DNA of 60,437 nt from Chromera velia (lineage: Eukaryota), in contig JAHBMJ010000015.1 of assembly GCA_018398765.1 (NCBI GenBank), positions 1 through 60,437 of the forward strand, written 5' to 3'. Under the pieces are notes generated by a model, which saw nothing but the letters and a program-made list of their open reading frames with translations, was not told the origin of the DNA and ran no database searches. Below are positions 1 to 12,186 of this stretch, one piece after another. Position 1 is the stretch's first letter, and the number at the start of each line of letters is the position of its first letter. The position numbers and the translations under genes were made by a program.

Positions 1-517
1 TCTGCACTGTCTTGTTCCCACATTTCATCGCTCGGACTTCCTCTCGCAAACGTGTCTGAGCATTTGGGTCTTTAAATTTCTTCCCAATCCTCTCTTTGAA
101 ATTCTCCCACCCCTGGAACGGCGTTCGGAGGTTTTCGAGCTCGTACCACCTCTGCAGGGGACAGGATAGGTACTGACATGCTGCTTCGCATTTTTCGGCT
201 TCCGACGCTCGCGACAAGCGAAGCCATCTTTCTGTCGTACGGAGCCAATCTGGGAGTTGCTTGCGACTGCTTGCATACGTGAACGGCTCTTTGGGTTTCA
301 AATTTGACTTCACGGCCGCTGGGGGGCTGTTCCCCGCGGTGCCCTGTTGTGCTGTCCCGACTGTCTGCTGGTGGTTGATCAGCTCTTGGTGCAGTTGTTG
401 ATTCTGTTGGGTCAACTGCCCGTTTTGGACCTGCAGTGCCTGGATCTCAGCTTGCTGCTGCTGTTGAGTTTGAATGAGCTGCTGGATGAGCTCAGGAGTG
501 ATAGTAGACGGATCCAT
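1..517 (-). mobile_element. Ty3/Gypsy-type LTR retrotransposon gag ORF, 5' part (runs off window start)
   Basis: Hand translation from ATG at 517 is open to the window edge: MDPSTITPELIQQLIQTQQQQQAEIQALQ...KPKEPFTYASSRKQLPDWLRTTERWLRLS...AACQYLSCPLQRWYE...FQGWENFKERIGKKF. Q-rich coiled coil followed by a retrotransposon gag pattern (P..F...W...E; W..F...F). Not in the ORF track because there is no stop in the window. Confidence 0.75.
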
Positions 518-580
518 CCTGCCCGCACTTCAAACAACGATTGAGAGGCAGAGCGGGGTCTCCCTGAGGCAGAGGACCGG

Positions 581-811
581 GGCTCTGCTGCTACCACGTC
601 AGATTTCCTCCTAGACTAAGAACGTAGTCTAGTTGGGGACTCACCATACCTTACCTCCTTAAGTCTGTCACTCAGAGTTCACTTCCAAGGACTCCATTCA
701 AGCGACACAGACGGACGAAGACTGTACGGCATGCTTCTATTTATTTCTGTATTGCAAGTCTATTATTTCTTTCTCTGTATTGTCAGTCTATCACTTAATT
801 CTCTTAGTGCA
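581..811 (-). mobile_element. Putative primer-binding site and 5' LTR of the Gypsy element
   Basis: Minus strand reads TGGTAGCAG at 596-588, resembling the complement of an initiator tRNA-Met 3' end. It lies ~70 nt upstream of the gag ATG and is preceded by an AATAAA-containing segment starting TG at ~811. The second LTR is outside the window, so the boundary is unconfirmed. Confidence 0.45.
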
Positions 812-965
812 CTTAATTAATGCCGGCCGGGCTTAGTATTGCGAAGTTAGTTTCCCAGTCCCAGTACTAGCAAAGTTTGGCGGGTGATCAAGTCGCCGTA
901 CAAGCCACAACGTAACGCATTCTTAAATAACAATACATTTTTTAATTATTATAATTTATAAGAAT

Positions 966-1554
966 GTGTGGTATCAGTTTTAATGTATAACTTTCATCAA
1001 TCTGAATTGAATTCCATTTAAGTACGACAACAAACGAACAAAAGTAAGCGCTAGAGTAGCTAGTAGAGTAGACAGGCTCTGCACGTAGGCATACGGTCGC
1101 AAAAGTAATAGAGGATGCATGCTATCGAACCACCCCTGCCTTCTGTCACTCTGTCTTTCCCTCGCGCTTTGTCAGAGAAAATCAAGCATAACTTAATATT
1201 ATCCCGGGACCGTAATTCTACTACATCCATGTTTATCGGCAGTAGTAATGGTTTTAAAGTTTGAAGTGCAAGACAAGAAATTCATGTATCGTGATGAGAT
1301 GTGTTATTGCATGTATGCGTGCATAGTGTGGAGTAATATGCATGAATATATGGTGCAAGGCGGACATTAGATAACTGGCACGCAGGTCTAGGGCTCCGGC
1401 CCCGAACACAATGTAATCCTGTAAAGCGGTCGCGACTGGATTATTTTTGAATTGCTATAAAAACGTGTGGTATTAGTTTTAACAACTTTCATCCGAGTCA
1501 ATCTGAATTCAATTCCATTTAAGTACGGCAACAAACCAACAAAAGTAAGCGTTA
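966..1554 (+). repeat. ~90-bp imperfect direct repeat pair (966-1054 and 1465-1554)
   Basis: GTGTGGTATYAGTTTTAA...ACTTTCATC...AATCTGAATTSAATTCCATTT...AAGTACGRCAACAAACSAACAAAAGTAAGCGYTAG occurs twice, ~500 bp apart, in an AT-rich island. Confidence 0.85.
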
Positions 1555-2814
1555 GCAACTGGATTTGTATCAAATGATCGAGTTTATTACTAGGTTCATT
1601 ACATGTACAGCACAAACGTACTAGGCTAAGAAGTCAGGCTAAGGGTGCACCTAGGGGTGCACATGCATGACTCTGAAAAGGAGGTCCGGGTCCTCGCTGC
1701 CCCTCTTCAAACGTGTCCCCAACGGCAGACCTCCGGCACCTGCATGAGAGCGGATGTTCAATTCTCTAGTCAATTCTGTACGCCCATTCTTAGAGTAAGA
1801 CGCACGGAGGCCCACGAGCTTGTTTTATTTTTTTATTCGTTTTCTCCAACCCTTTTTCCTCTTTTTTTTTGGGGGGGGGGAGGGGGTAGACATACACGCA
1901 GGTATCTCAACACGGAAAGAAACGTATTGACTATTCTATTCGACGAGACCACGAAGGACACAACGCGAAGACCAACCAAAAGAGACGGAATGAAGAAAAT
2001 AAGGGACGCATTACGGATCTGCAGAGAGAATTACAGAGACGCCTTCAATGGGAAATCGCGATGACCTGACCCATTTTTGAGCATGCATCCCGCAGTCAAA
2101 AGAGCTAGGAATTTGTTCGTGTCTCTTCCTGTGCATCGGTCTGTGAAGAAGAAAAGGAAACCGAATAAAGTCTAATCTGTCTCAATGGCTGCACGCCGAC
2201 CTCCGAAATGAATTTCGTCTCCGTCGCGTAACACACTCTCGTCTGTCTTCTTCCCGTTCACGAACAGGCCATTCAACGACCTGCATGCAGGGACAAATAC
2301 ATGCATGAATATTTCACTTGCTATGAGAATGAAGATTCGTTTGCTTTCTCTAGACTTCCGATCTTAGAGGCAGTCCACATGCCTGCAGGGCGACTGCAGT
2401 TTTTTGGCCTTGCTGGTCAAGAACGATGTGCGCGTGTGCTCACTTAGTCAACTGTGGGAGATACAGATAGATGTTTAAATATCAACACAGCAGATCCGAA
2501 TGCCAGTTCATCAGGAGGAATGCAGATTTATTTCGTCCTTTGTAAACCTGTGCGCTCGAGAAGAGAAGAAACTTCCCTTGCAACGCAACACCTCAGGCCC
2601 TTAGTTGACCTTCTGAGAAGATGATTGGGATGTGTCCAACAGCACTCTCTCACAGCCTGACTGACTGTGTGTCTGTTCTTCCAATCACCATTCCATACCC
2701 CCCCCTTTCTCTTCTTTCTCTTTCACACACACAGGCAGGGAGAGGGAGAGGGAGACGGAGACGGAGAGGGAGACAGAGACGGAACAAGAGATCATAAGGA
2801 AGTCTCAGTAAGCA

Positions 2815-2835
2815 AGAAAGGAAGGAAGGAAGGAA

Positions 2836-2914
<79 letters not shown>

Positions 2915-2940
2915 CAAAGAAAGAAAGAAAAGAAAGAAAG

Positions 2941-2972
<32 letters not shown>

Positions 2973-3000
2973 GAAAGAAAGAAAGAAAGAAAGAAAGACA

Positions 3001-3031
<31 letters not shown>

Positions 3032-3065
3032 GCAGAAAGAAAGAAAGAAAGAAAGAAAGAAAGGC

Positions 3066-3099
<34 letters not shown>

Positions 3100-3262
3100 G
3101 CAGAAAGAAAGAAAGAAAAGAAAGAAAGAAAGAAAAGAAAGAAAGAAAGAAAGAAAGGAACGAAGGAAGGAACGAAGGAAGCAAGGAAGGAAGGAAGGAA
3201 GGGAGAAAGAAGGAAGGAAGGTAGGAAGGAAGAAAGAAATGAAGGAAAGAAGGAAGGAAGAA
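2815..3262 (+). repeat. (GAAA)n/(GGAA)n purine microsatellite
   Basis: Directly visible. The overlapping K/E/R and F/L/S ORFs are artefacts. Confidence 0.95.
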
Positions 3263-3291
3263 AACTGATTTGAATGGACCACAACACAAAC

Positions 3292-4171
3292 GGAAACTTG
3301 ATGCGAGCAGACCAACCTATTGTCCCGAATACAGAGAACAAAGTCCCTCTCTGCTTTCACTTCCCCGGGTCCCTCCATCGATACAGACCCCCCCACGACC
3401 CCCGAGCTAGACTGTGACTGTTCCCCTCTCCCACTACGGGCCCCGGCATTCCCCTGCATGACCCTGCCGGGGCCCGTTTGGGACCCTTCAGCCGCCCTCT
3501 GCCCTCCCCTATCAGCAGTCCCAAAGCGTCCCGAGCGAATGGTATCAGCTCCCCACCTCACAAACACATGCGCATGTCTCCGTGAGATCATTTGAGGCTG
3601 TGACCTGCATGCAAGGATTTCTTTGGCGTTCAATCCTCTTCCACAATCAAATTTCTTGTCCTCTCTTTATGGTGCTCAGTGAGCGAGGAAGTGATTGAGT
3701 AGTTCAGAAGGAAATACATTTGATCTTTTTGTCTTTTTTTTTTCTCTGAATGCTGCCCTCTTCTTCTGTCTGGGTGCATGTGAGCTCATTTTCCTCTTCG
3801 TACGAGAACAGTGCTGAAGTCCCTGCCCCGCCCCCCTCACGTTTACCACCATGCAAATGTTGTGACGCTTTTGGGTCAACGACAGAGCACAGAATGAAAC
3901 AGCGAGACACCGCAGTCGAGTAGAGAGGGAGACTAGGCATCCTGCAGTCGATCACCTCGCCTTCCCAGCAGACAATGCATTGATCTACCTCATTTCCGCA
4001 GAAGCGGTCGGTCAACCGATCGACTGACTTGCTATCAATTGTCAACTCGCATGTGGCAGAGCGCCCAATGACAACCGGATCTGCGCACACGGGGTCATGA
4101 TCGCAATCGGGGCAAGCAGCTTTACGCATGATGTCTTCTCTTCCGACCTGTGTCTATATACTTGCATGTGC

Positions 4172-4227
<56 letters not shown>

Positions 4228-5321
4228 GTGGAAGGAAGGAAGTGGGGGTCATGCAGTCGACAGAGACATCACAAAGGCCTGCCTGCGGGTACGGACGCGA
4301 CCAAAAAGGTCAATCGATTGATGAAAACATTGATGCAGTGAGAGAAGCAAAGCATCAAGGAGCTGTGACTTGATGCATGCAAGGAAGGAAAATGGATGAG
4401 CCTAGCTGACTTGTGGAGGTGCGGGAAGCCCAGACCTCTACTTTCTGGGACCTGCCGACCAGCCGTGCCACCACTGTTGTTCCATTTGGTGGACGTGCAC
4501 GGTCTGCATGCGGACACAGGACCGTGAGAGAGAAATGAAAGGAAGGAAAAGTGCGCGCTCTCTCTGCATGGTTGGGAAGGTACAGCCAGTATGCAATTTT
4601 GCTTCGTCTGTATGTAATCTCGTCTGACTGTCTGCCAAGCAGCACAACACGAAGCAGACCAAGCACGAGCGATTTTCACATGAAGACCAAACAGACAAGA
4701 GAGTCAGATCAGAGTAGTGTCTCTAAGATTGGCAGAGAAAGAGAGAAATGACCGCAGATGCACATGCGGAACGAGAAAATTGATTTTCTCTTTCCCCATA
4801 CAGTTCACAACTTCGTTTCATCACACACTCAAAGCAGCACTCTCTCCCAATTCCGATGTCAAGGTGGAAGAAAGGCACTGGAAATCCCGAACCAAAAGCA
4901 GCAGGGCAAGGAGAGCGAGCGACCAAAAAATAAAAATCTGTTTCTTTCCACGCTTAAGATTGATTCTCGCTTCTCCTTTGCGTCCGTGTTCCCGAGAGCG
5001 CGCCCATGTAGGAAGGCCACTTCCGGGTAGGAACAGCCACCCGCCTGTGCATCCATCCATCCATCCATCCATCCATCCATCCATCCAACTGCATACATGC
5101 GTATGTAAACGCCCACGCACACGCATACCTTTTTCTGAAGCAACTGATGCAGAAGCAGAGGCAGATGCACAGTACTTCCCGTTTATGTCCCTCCGTGCGA
5201 CTGCGATCCCCTCCGAGGGTGTGTCTCGTGTGCCGCTGAGCCTCCGGGGCGGGGTGCGGAGAGCCACGGAGGCACTCTGGAAAAGGGCCTGCATCCCGCA
5301 TCACGCAGTCCAGTCAACAAG

Positions 5322-5367
<46 letters not shown>

Positions 5368-6504
5368 CACACATGCATGCACACACAATTAATAGTCAGG
5401 AAGGAAGGAAGACGCTAAGGGAAAGACAAAAGAGAAGGAAGTCCGGGAGGCAGCTTCCTTGCTGGCTTCTTCCTCTTATTGCTTGCTCATTTCCTTGCTC
5501 ACTTCACGCTTGCTCTCCTTCCTTCCGTTTTTCCTGATTTTCTACCATATTTTTTTCAGGCTCGGCCTTCGCGGAAAAATTTCGTTTCTCGGCTGGGCAG
5601 CGAAGTGACTCGGGGAATTTCACATTTTTGTTCTCCCGCTGACCTTCTGCTTCTCTGTCAGTGCTGGTCTTCTTTCCTCTGCATGCGCAGGCTCGTCTGC
5701 TGTCGCTTCTACGGCCTCCACTATCCTCCTCTTTCGGCCTCTTCCCCCTTCTCTCTCTTCTGCTGCCTCCTCCACAGCTTCCGCTCCCCTTTTCTTTCTC
5801 CCCCTGCCGAAACCCCCTTCATCATCGTGTTCTCCCACGCTCCGTTCTCCTCCCCATGACGCTGCAGCTGCTGCAGCTTCTTCCCTATGTGCCCTGCTCC
5901 CGACTCCATGCGACGCCTTCTCCCGAACAGCTGCTGCAGCAGATGAGGAAGAGGGACCTTCTTCCACTCTTTCTGCGTCTGCATCACGCCGTCTCAGCTC
6001 CCTTCGCCCCTGACCTCCATTCTGCTCACCCAAGGAGACACCACTGCTTTGAGAGGCACCTCCGTGCGCATCTGCTTGACGGGTCCGCTTTCGCGAGGCG
6101 GGTTCGAGGACATGTGCCGTTTCTCCCAGCGTCTCCTTCCTGGGTGGAGACGGCACAGTTGATAATCCTTTGAAATTGCCTCGTCTCCTCTCACGGCCCG
6201 CCGCGTCTTGCCATTGGTACCCCCTGGTCGCCATGGAAGGACTCTCTGCTTGTGGAGGTGCACGTTTGGGAGAAGCCCTCTGAGAAGCTCGCTTGGTAGA
6301 CGGCTGCAGAGGTCTTTGAGGCTCTCCGGCACTCAGGTGTTCCTGCGCCATTGCGAGACTGCTGCCTGCCATGTCAAACGGGTCACCTTCCTCTTCCTCC
6401 TCCTCATGTGCGTTCTCTCTGTTGCTGTCCTCACCTGCATCTTTGTCTTGTGTCTGCGCGTTCCCCCTCCTCCCTGTCAACCGGATCCGAAACCCTCTCT
6501 GCAT
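3292..6504 (-). CDS. Probable multi-exon hypothetical protein, possibly with an FHA-like segment
   Basis: Coding-like GC-rich blocks at 5620-6504 (294-aa low-complexity ORF), ~3890-4080 (VVIGRSATCELTIDSK...AVSR, an FHA-like GR..S pattern split by a GTCAGT...CTGCAG intron) and ~3292-3590, separated by microsatellite introns. Exon joins and gene ends are unresolved. Confidence 0.35.
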
Positions 6505-7231
6505 ACTGTCGATCTAACAGTGAGTCTGGCAGCCGGAGAGACGAAGGAGCGAAAGGAGCGGCCTTCAATTAAGAGCACATTCGCAATGAACTGCCCCGAA
6601 CAGCACGTGCGAGAATTTAGCCCTGTATACAATGCATGACCACTTGTCAGAGCAATGATGAACGGACCGTGAAGGATCGTGGATGGATCGTGGTGTTCGA
6701 TTCCACGCGCCCAGAAGCCAACAAACTCGACCTGCAGCTTATCTATTGCGGGACCATTCGACTTTTGGCTTTCCGGGGCCGTCTCCGACATGCAGAGCAG
6801 CCATATATGAGACGAGCCGATCATTTGGTGCGGTACTATAAGTATCTATAAGTGGTGCCATAGTGGTGCCCCATGAAGCTCTGACAGCCTGGCAGCTAGC
6901 AAGAACTAAGCCCTTAGAGACCACTCTGCATTCCTGAAAGCCTGCCATCAATGTTCTGGTGCGCATGTATCTCACTAGAATGTATGGAACTCTCTGCGCG
7001 AGGCCTGACTGTCAGCACTGGACCAGGAGAGTCTGGCAAGTCGGTCTGGTGCATGGTATCTTCGAAAAGCACTTGGTGACTGTGCCTCGTAGGGTCAATA
7101 GATGGACCTGCAAGTGTGGTTTACCTCATGCATTCAGCCGTACCTGAAGGTTTGTCTTCATTATTGATCCAGATCTGACTCGATCACTTTCTTGTAGACG
7201 GGCGGGAAAGGAGGGAGTTGACGGGGCTGCC

Positions 7232-8893
7232 ATGTTCGACTGGAGTGACACTGCTAATTCCCGTCTCCTCCAAGTCTGTCTCTTTGTGCTCGGCTTTCTT
7301 ATTCTTTGCATCTTGTGCGTTCTGTTCGTGAGGGCTCGATGGAGCCGTCGGACCATTGTGTCATCCCTGTCAGCATCCCACGAGGGACTGGAGAGAGGGC
7401 TGATTCCGGACGCTGCAGGGGTGACAGCTCGCGGGGCTCCGCGGGACTTTGAAAGCATTGCAAGAGAGGCAGAGGCCAGGGGGCGAATTCGGGCTGCAGA
7501 TTTTGGACGTTCGGTTGCTGAGTGGTCGCGCTGGCTAGCTGCCAGACAGCTCCAGCAGGGCCCAGTCCAACTGGAAGAGGGGGAGGGGGGAGAGATAGGA
7601 GACGGCCCCGAGCCCCCGGAGTGTGGGGGGATTTCGGGTGCCTTCAGGAGACAGGGGGAGAGGGAGACGGCAGTCGGGTTGCAGCACCATGGAGGTATGA
7701 GGGCTCCTGCGTATGCAGGCGTAGGGTTAGGAGCAGGGGGGGCAGTCCCATTGCCCACTGGGTCTGATGAGGAGGCCTCGTCTCTGTGCGTCTCCTCGTC
7801 TCAGGGCGGGTCCTCTGCCCCTCGGAGTTCGTGGGCAGCCCCGGCAACTGACAGCCTGCAGGGGCCCCCGTCAGCAAGGGGAGACGGGCATGCCGGGGCC
7901 TCTGCAGACTTGCAGTCACGGGGATCTGTCCGCTTTCCGCACTTACGAAGGTCACCCGCACTCGTCTCTCACCGTTCGCCGAAGTCAAAATTTCGGCGTT
8001 CCAGTTCCGAGTGTGTCAGCGGGGGGCACCCGGACGCGTTCCGAAGGCAATTTGAAAACGCCCCGTTTCTTCAGCCCCTTCTGTCCGAAAGTATGGGGCA
8101 TGGGGTGGGTCTCCCGAATGTTCGCTTTCCGGGGCCAGCTCCAGCTGCGTGTGGGGATTGGAGTTGGAGGGCCCGGGAGGAAGTCTCCCGGCAGGGTGAG
8201 CCCGGGTGGTCTCAGGGTTCCGCTGTGGGGGTCGGGTCTCCTCATTCTCGTCGTGGGGGGAGGGGAGGGGAGGCAGGGGGATACTTGAGGGGGGAGCGGG
8301 GAAGGTCATTAGGAGGAAGGGGGGCTCGGGGAGAGGGGGGGGGCCTGCGAGTGAATGTGACCAGAGAGAAAGACAAGTCAAAGTCAAAAGTGAAAAGAGG
8401 AAGCGGAGTAGATCCTCGCCGTGCGAGAGAAACGGAAGAGGAGGCGGGGGAAGAGGAGGTTGTTTCGTGCCCGTCTTCGCTGAGCTTTTCCTCTGGGTCT
8501 TCTCTCAGTCCTGCCGGAGAAGGGAGAGAAAGGGGAGGTCTCTCACTGTGGGGAAGTGTTTCTCTGGCAGACTCTCAGACTGCTGCTGTCGAGGCAGACA
8601 TGGGCGTGCGAAACACAAACGGGCCTAAGAGAGCACCGAGAGAGGTCCAGAGGGAAAGGAGGGATCCTGTGCGGGGATTCAGACTGCCTGGAACTGAAGC
8701 ACCTCAAGAGGCTCAGACAGAGAGAGACGGCCATGATCGAGGGGCAGAGGCTGATCGAGTGGGGTTGTCGGATTCGGACAGTGAAGCTCAAGGCTTCAGT
8801 TCTGACCATGCACAACATGGGATAGTGATGTCCGGAGGTCGGGTGCGGCAAGATGACTCAGAATTTGAGTCGGTGCAGTCTGAACCTGAATGA
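7232..8893 (+). CDS. Hypothetical single-pass membrane protein, 553 aa
   Basis: Long ATG-initiated GC-rich ORF with an N-terminal hydrophobic helix (LLQVCLFVLGFLILCILCVLFV) followed by a G/S/E-rich disordered tail. Confidence 0.7.
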   Translation: MFDWSDTANSRLLQVCLFVLGFLILCILCVLFVRARWSRRTIVSSLSASHEGLERGLIPDAAGVTARGAPRDFESIAREAEARGRIRAADFGRSVAEWSRWLAARQLQQGPVQLEEGEGGEIGDGPEPPECGGISGAFRRQGERETAVGLQHHGGMRAPAYAGVGLGAGGAVPLPTGSDEEASSLCVSSSQGGSSAPRSSWAAPATDSLQGPPSARGDGHAGASADLQSRGSVRFPHLRRSPALVSHRSPKSKFRRSSSECVSGGHPDAFRRQFENAPFLQPLLSESMGHGVGLPNVRFPGPAPAACGDWSWRAREEVSRQGEPGWSQGSAVGVGSPHSRRGGRGGEAGGYLRGERGRSLGGRGARGEGGGLRVNVTREKDKSKSKVKRGSGVDPRRARETEEEAGEEEVVSCPSSLSFSSGSSLSPAGEGRERGGLSLWGSVSLADSQTAAVEADMGVRNTNGPKRAPREVQRERRDPVRGFRLPGTEAPQEAQTERDGHDRGAEADRVGLSDSDSEAQGFSSDHAQHGIVMSGGRVRQDDSEFESVQSEPE

Positions 8894-9539
8894 TATGCAT
8901 AACTGGCCGGCTTTTCATGTTGCGAACCATGCTCTTCTGTATATACTATACAATATACTCATATAATAATAGTATCAATACAATATTCAACCCTCTAGTT
9001 TCATAACATTCAGTGGCTGAGTGACAGACTCGGACTGTTATCAGTTCAACCGTTACTTCGACCGCATTTCTAGTTTTAAAATTCTTTGCAGCTTCTTTTT
9101 TAAATTTTTTTTGTGGATTATATAATCGATTCAAGTTGATTCATTATAGTTTCGCACAACTTGAACTTTGAATACTAGGTAAAACGTGTCTTCTCGCTAG
9201 CCGGTGCTAGGCTAAAAAGGGTTAATTTAAGTGATCATCATCCTACGCCATCGCCATTAGCCTATATATAGGCCGTAATAGCCCCTATAAATAGGTGTTC
9301 AGCGTTCAGCAAAGTTCCTAACTCTTTCTAGATCGCAAGAAATAAGCCTCTAAAGTTTTGAAATTTAGTGGAATCTAAACGAGTAGATTCCACGGTAAAT
9401 TCCACACAAATACATCAAATTCAAGGGTAAATTCCATTAAATTTCACTTGATTCCTAGGGAATTGAACCCAGCTTTGTAGGGTTAATCTGGATAAAAATC
9501 TTATCATATTCAAATAGGTTAAAAGTGTGACAATGTAGA

Positions 9540-9790
9540 TGAATTAAGTGTGATCTTCATTCTTATTTATCATGATTACCATTTTCTAAGTTTAGAAATT
9601 TCATAAAAAAGTTGTGTAGTAGTATACAGTAGATACCTAACAAATATTGTGAATGTCATGCCCTTTTTAATTTAAAGACAAGTTCTTAATGTCCCATAAG
9701 AGTAAGAAAGGCATACAGGCAACCCGGCGACAACGAAGGCCCGAAGGGCAAAGTTGTCGTCATCGTTGTTCGTGTTGCTGGAGGTCTTGT
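9540..9790 (-). pseudogene. Eroded 5' fragment of a NYN-domain paralog
   Basis: 9688-9790 aligns to 12990-13080. It translates MPFLLLWDIKNLS (vs MSLLLLWDIENVP) and continues into AT-rich DNA as MTFTIFVRYLLY..FFMK (vs MTPTRFVWYLLHYFFMN) with stops and frameshifts. Confidence 0.7.
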
Positions 9791-9989
9791 TCACTGTTGT
9801 TTTTGATGATCATGTCTACATGTATATACAAGTATGAACGACTCTATAGCATACAACCTTCTCTCTCCCGTTCATGACTTTCTACAGTTTGTTGTCACAA
9901 CCTTACACCTTTACTCTTCCCTCAATCGATCTTCGACTGATCCCCGCAGGAGCATTGTTTCTCGGTGATCCGATTCACAGGGTGAGCGA

Positions 9990-10220
9990 GGCAGCGCTTC
10001 AGGAGCTCGTTGTGGTTGACCCAGTTCTTGTCTTTCCTGCATGGTCTTCCTCGGGTTGATCGGGGGTGGGGCGGCGGGGTGGGTGGCACACTTGGTGTTG
10101 ATCTTATTGATGACGAAGGGCCTGGCTCGAAGCTCTTCGGCAGCCATTGCTAGATCTTCTCATCCAAAACGCACGCCTTGCAAAACGTCCTGAGTTTCTT
10201 TCTTTGCTCGTCGTTCCTGT
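9990..10220 (-). pseudogene. Degenerate duplicate of the NYN gene 3' region
   Basis: NDEQRKKLRTFCKACVLDEKI*...PPPINPRKT parallels DDEQRKKLRTFC..ACVLEEKI...PPPINPRKT at 12260-12460, with an in-frame TAG stop. Confidence 0.65.
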
Positions 10221-11927
10221 AGACAAACAGACAGACAGACAGACAAAACAGACTGAGAGACACTGTGACACTGACAGACAGACAGACTGACAGACAGAAG
10301 GAAGGAAAGAAGGAAGGAAAAAAAGAAAAAGGAGTAACCTGTTTGTCCGTGAGTCTTTGTTTCTTTGTTTCACTCATTGATTTCTTTTGCCTGTCTGTTT
10401 GTCTGTCTGTCTGCATGCCAGCCTTGCTTCGTACGTTTGTTCCTAGGCCTTAAAGTTTTGATTCTTTGCTTAAGTCTCTGCATATATTTTTCTCTCTTGG
10501 ATTGAAAATGAAAATCACAGAACTACACACAGTTCTCGGAAAACTTACCGGAGGAGTGTTTTTTTTTGCAGGTACGAGGATAATTTTGTTTTTCGGAGGG
10601 ATAGATATTTTGGTGGTCGTAGGTGAGGGGGAGCGTCTGTGTTTTTTGGGGGGAGGGGGAATCACCAAAGCACGTTTGCCCTGAAAGGAGAGGCTGTTTT
10701 TGAAACGGCCGACTACTTCTTTTGGACACAGAGGTCCAAAGACAGACAGCTTGGAGGTTGTTCCTGCAAGGAGGAATAGTCTTATAATTGGTTCCATATT
10801 TTCTTCCATTGCCTGCACCAGGACGGAGGCAGACCCCACCCCTGGCACCATCCATACTGTCAGAAGCTTCTATGTTTTGAGATTCCTTGACATGAAGTTG
10901 GCCATATTCAGTAGCTTCTCTTCCTGCAAGACCAGCAAAACTGTCAGCCACCTACCATGCGTACTTTAATGAATAAAATTTTTGCTTTGCACGTCTACAG
11001 TGATTTCCTTGCTCAGCTTGTCAAAGAAGTCAAAAGGTCATGTGAAAAAAAGAACAAAAGCTCTGTTTCAGTAGCAGCATGAGAAGTTTCTGTGCCTGTA
11101 CGGTTTACCTCAAAAGCAACAGGTTCAAGTAAAATTTCAGTTTGAACAATTAAAAATAGGTGACAAAGAAAGCGAGCTGAAGAGCAAATTGATGAGAGAG
11201 AGAAAGAGAGATGAGAAAAAGGCGAGAGACTACCACCTCTTGAAAGAGAATCACTTCTGAATCAATCAACATTCACTCATATGATATCTATTGGATACGT
11301 GACAAAGCAGACATCCAAGTTGAACGTGATCATCAAGCTTAGCACAAAGAAAGACTGAATGCTTTCAACAAAGTCACTGCATGGCTGGAGAATTTGGAGT
11401 AGCACATTGAGCAGCACTATCGGTTTAGCATATCAAATAAACACAGACGAGTGACACTGTACAGAATATCATTTGTTTATATTCGTTTCGGTAAGAACGG
11501 CACAGCAACAGCACCGTGGTTACAAAACCTACATCGAATAGGCCGGTCACCTTGAGGTTGAACATGATGAGAGGGAGATTACCAAGCCCCCACCCGCAAG
11601 ATCCTTCACCTGCATGCATATGCACATGCACGTACATACAGAAGCTAAGACACAAAAGGCCATGGAGGCAGCTGGCGAGCCTACCGGACATATAGACAAG
11701 GCAAACAGATAAGACAAACACACAGACACATAGACAGACAGACACACAGACACAATGTCATGGACAGACAGACAGATAGACAGACAGACAGACAGATGGA
11801 TAGACCGACAGACAGACACACAGACAGACATAAATACTAGCAGACATATAAGACAAACCGACAGGACACAGAAACAGACAATATCGTCAGACAGACAGAC
11901 AGGCAGACAGACAGACAGAAATACAAT

Positions 11928-11963
<36 letters not shown>

Positions 11964-12186
11964 ACACATACACAGATGTGCAGACTCACGCTTCGCTCCC
12001 AGCTGATGCGCAGACTCCGATTTGGTCTGAGTTTGACTCGGCATTTCGCCTGCACACACACGGTCGCGGAACAGTCCCTCCTCAAACTGGCCGAGATACG
12101 TTGCGATCTGCAGGCGGGCGTAGCAGCAAGGACAATAGCCCATTGAAAGATAAATATAATCAAGATTGAGGCCGTAATCATCAAGC

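Noticed and set aside
2650..3341. Long F/L/S and K/E/R ORFs
   Set aside because: They are translations of the (GAAA)n microsatellite. The same applies to the CVCV, LSVC and TDTD ORFs elsewhere.
8987..9225. piggyBac-like MITE (TCAA|CCCT...AGGG|TTAA)
   Set aside because: The TIR match beyond 4-6 nt is weak and the left TTAA is imperfect.
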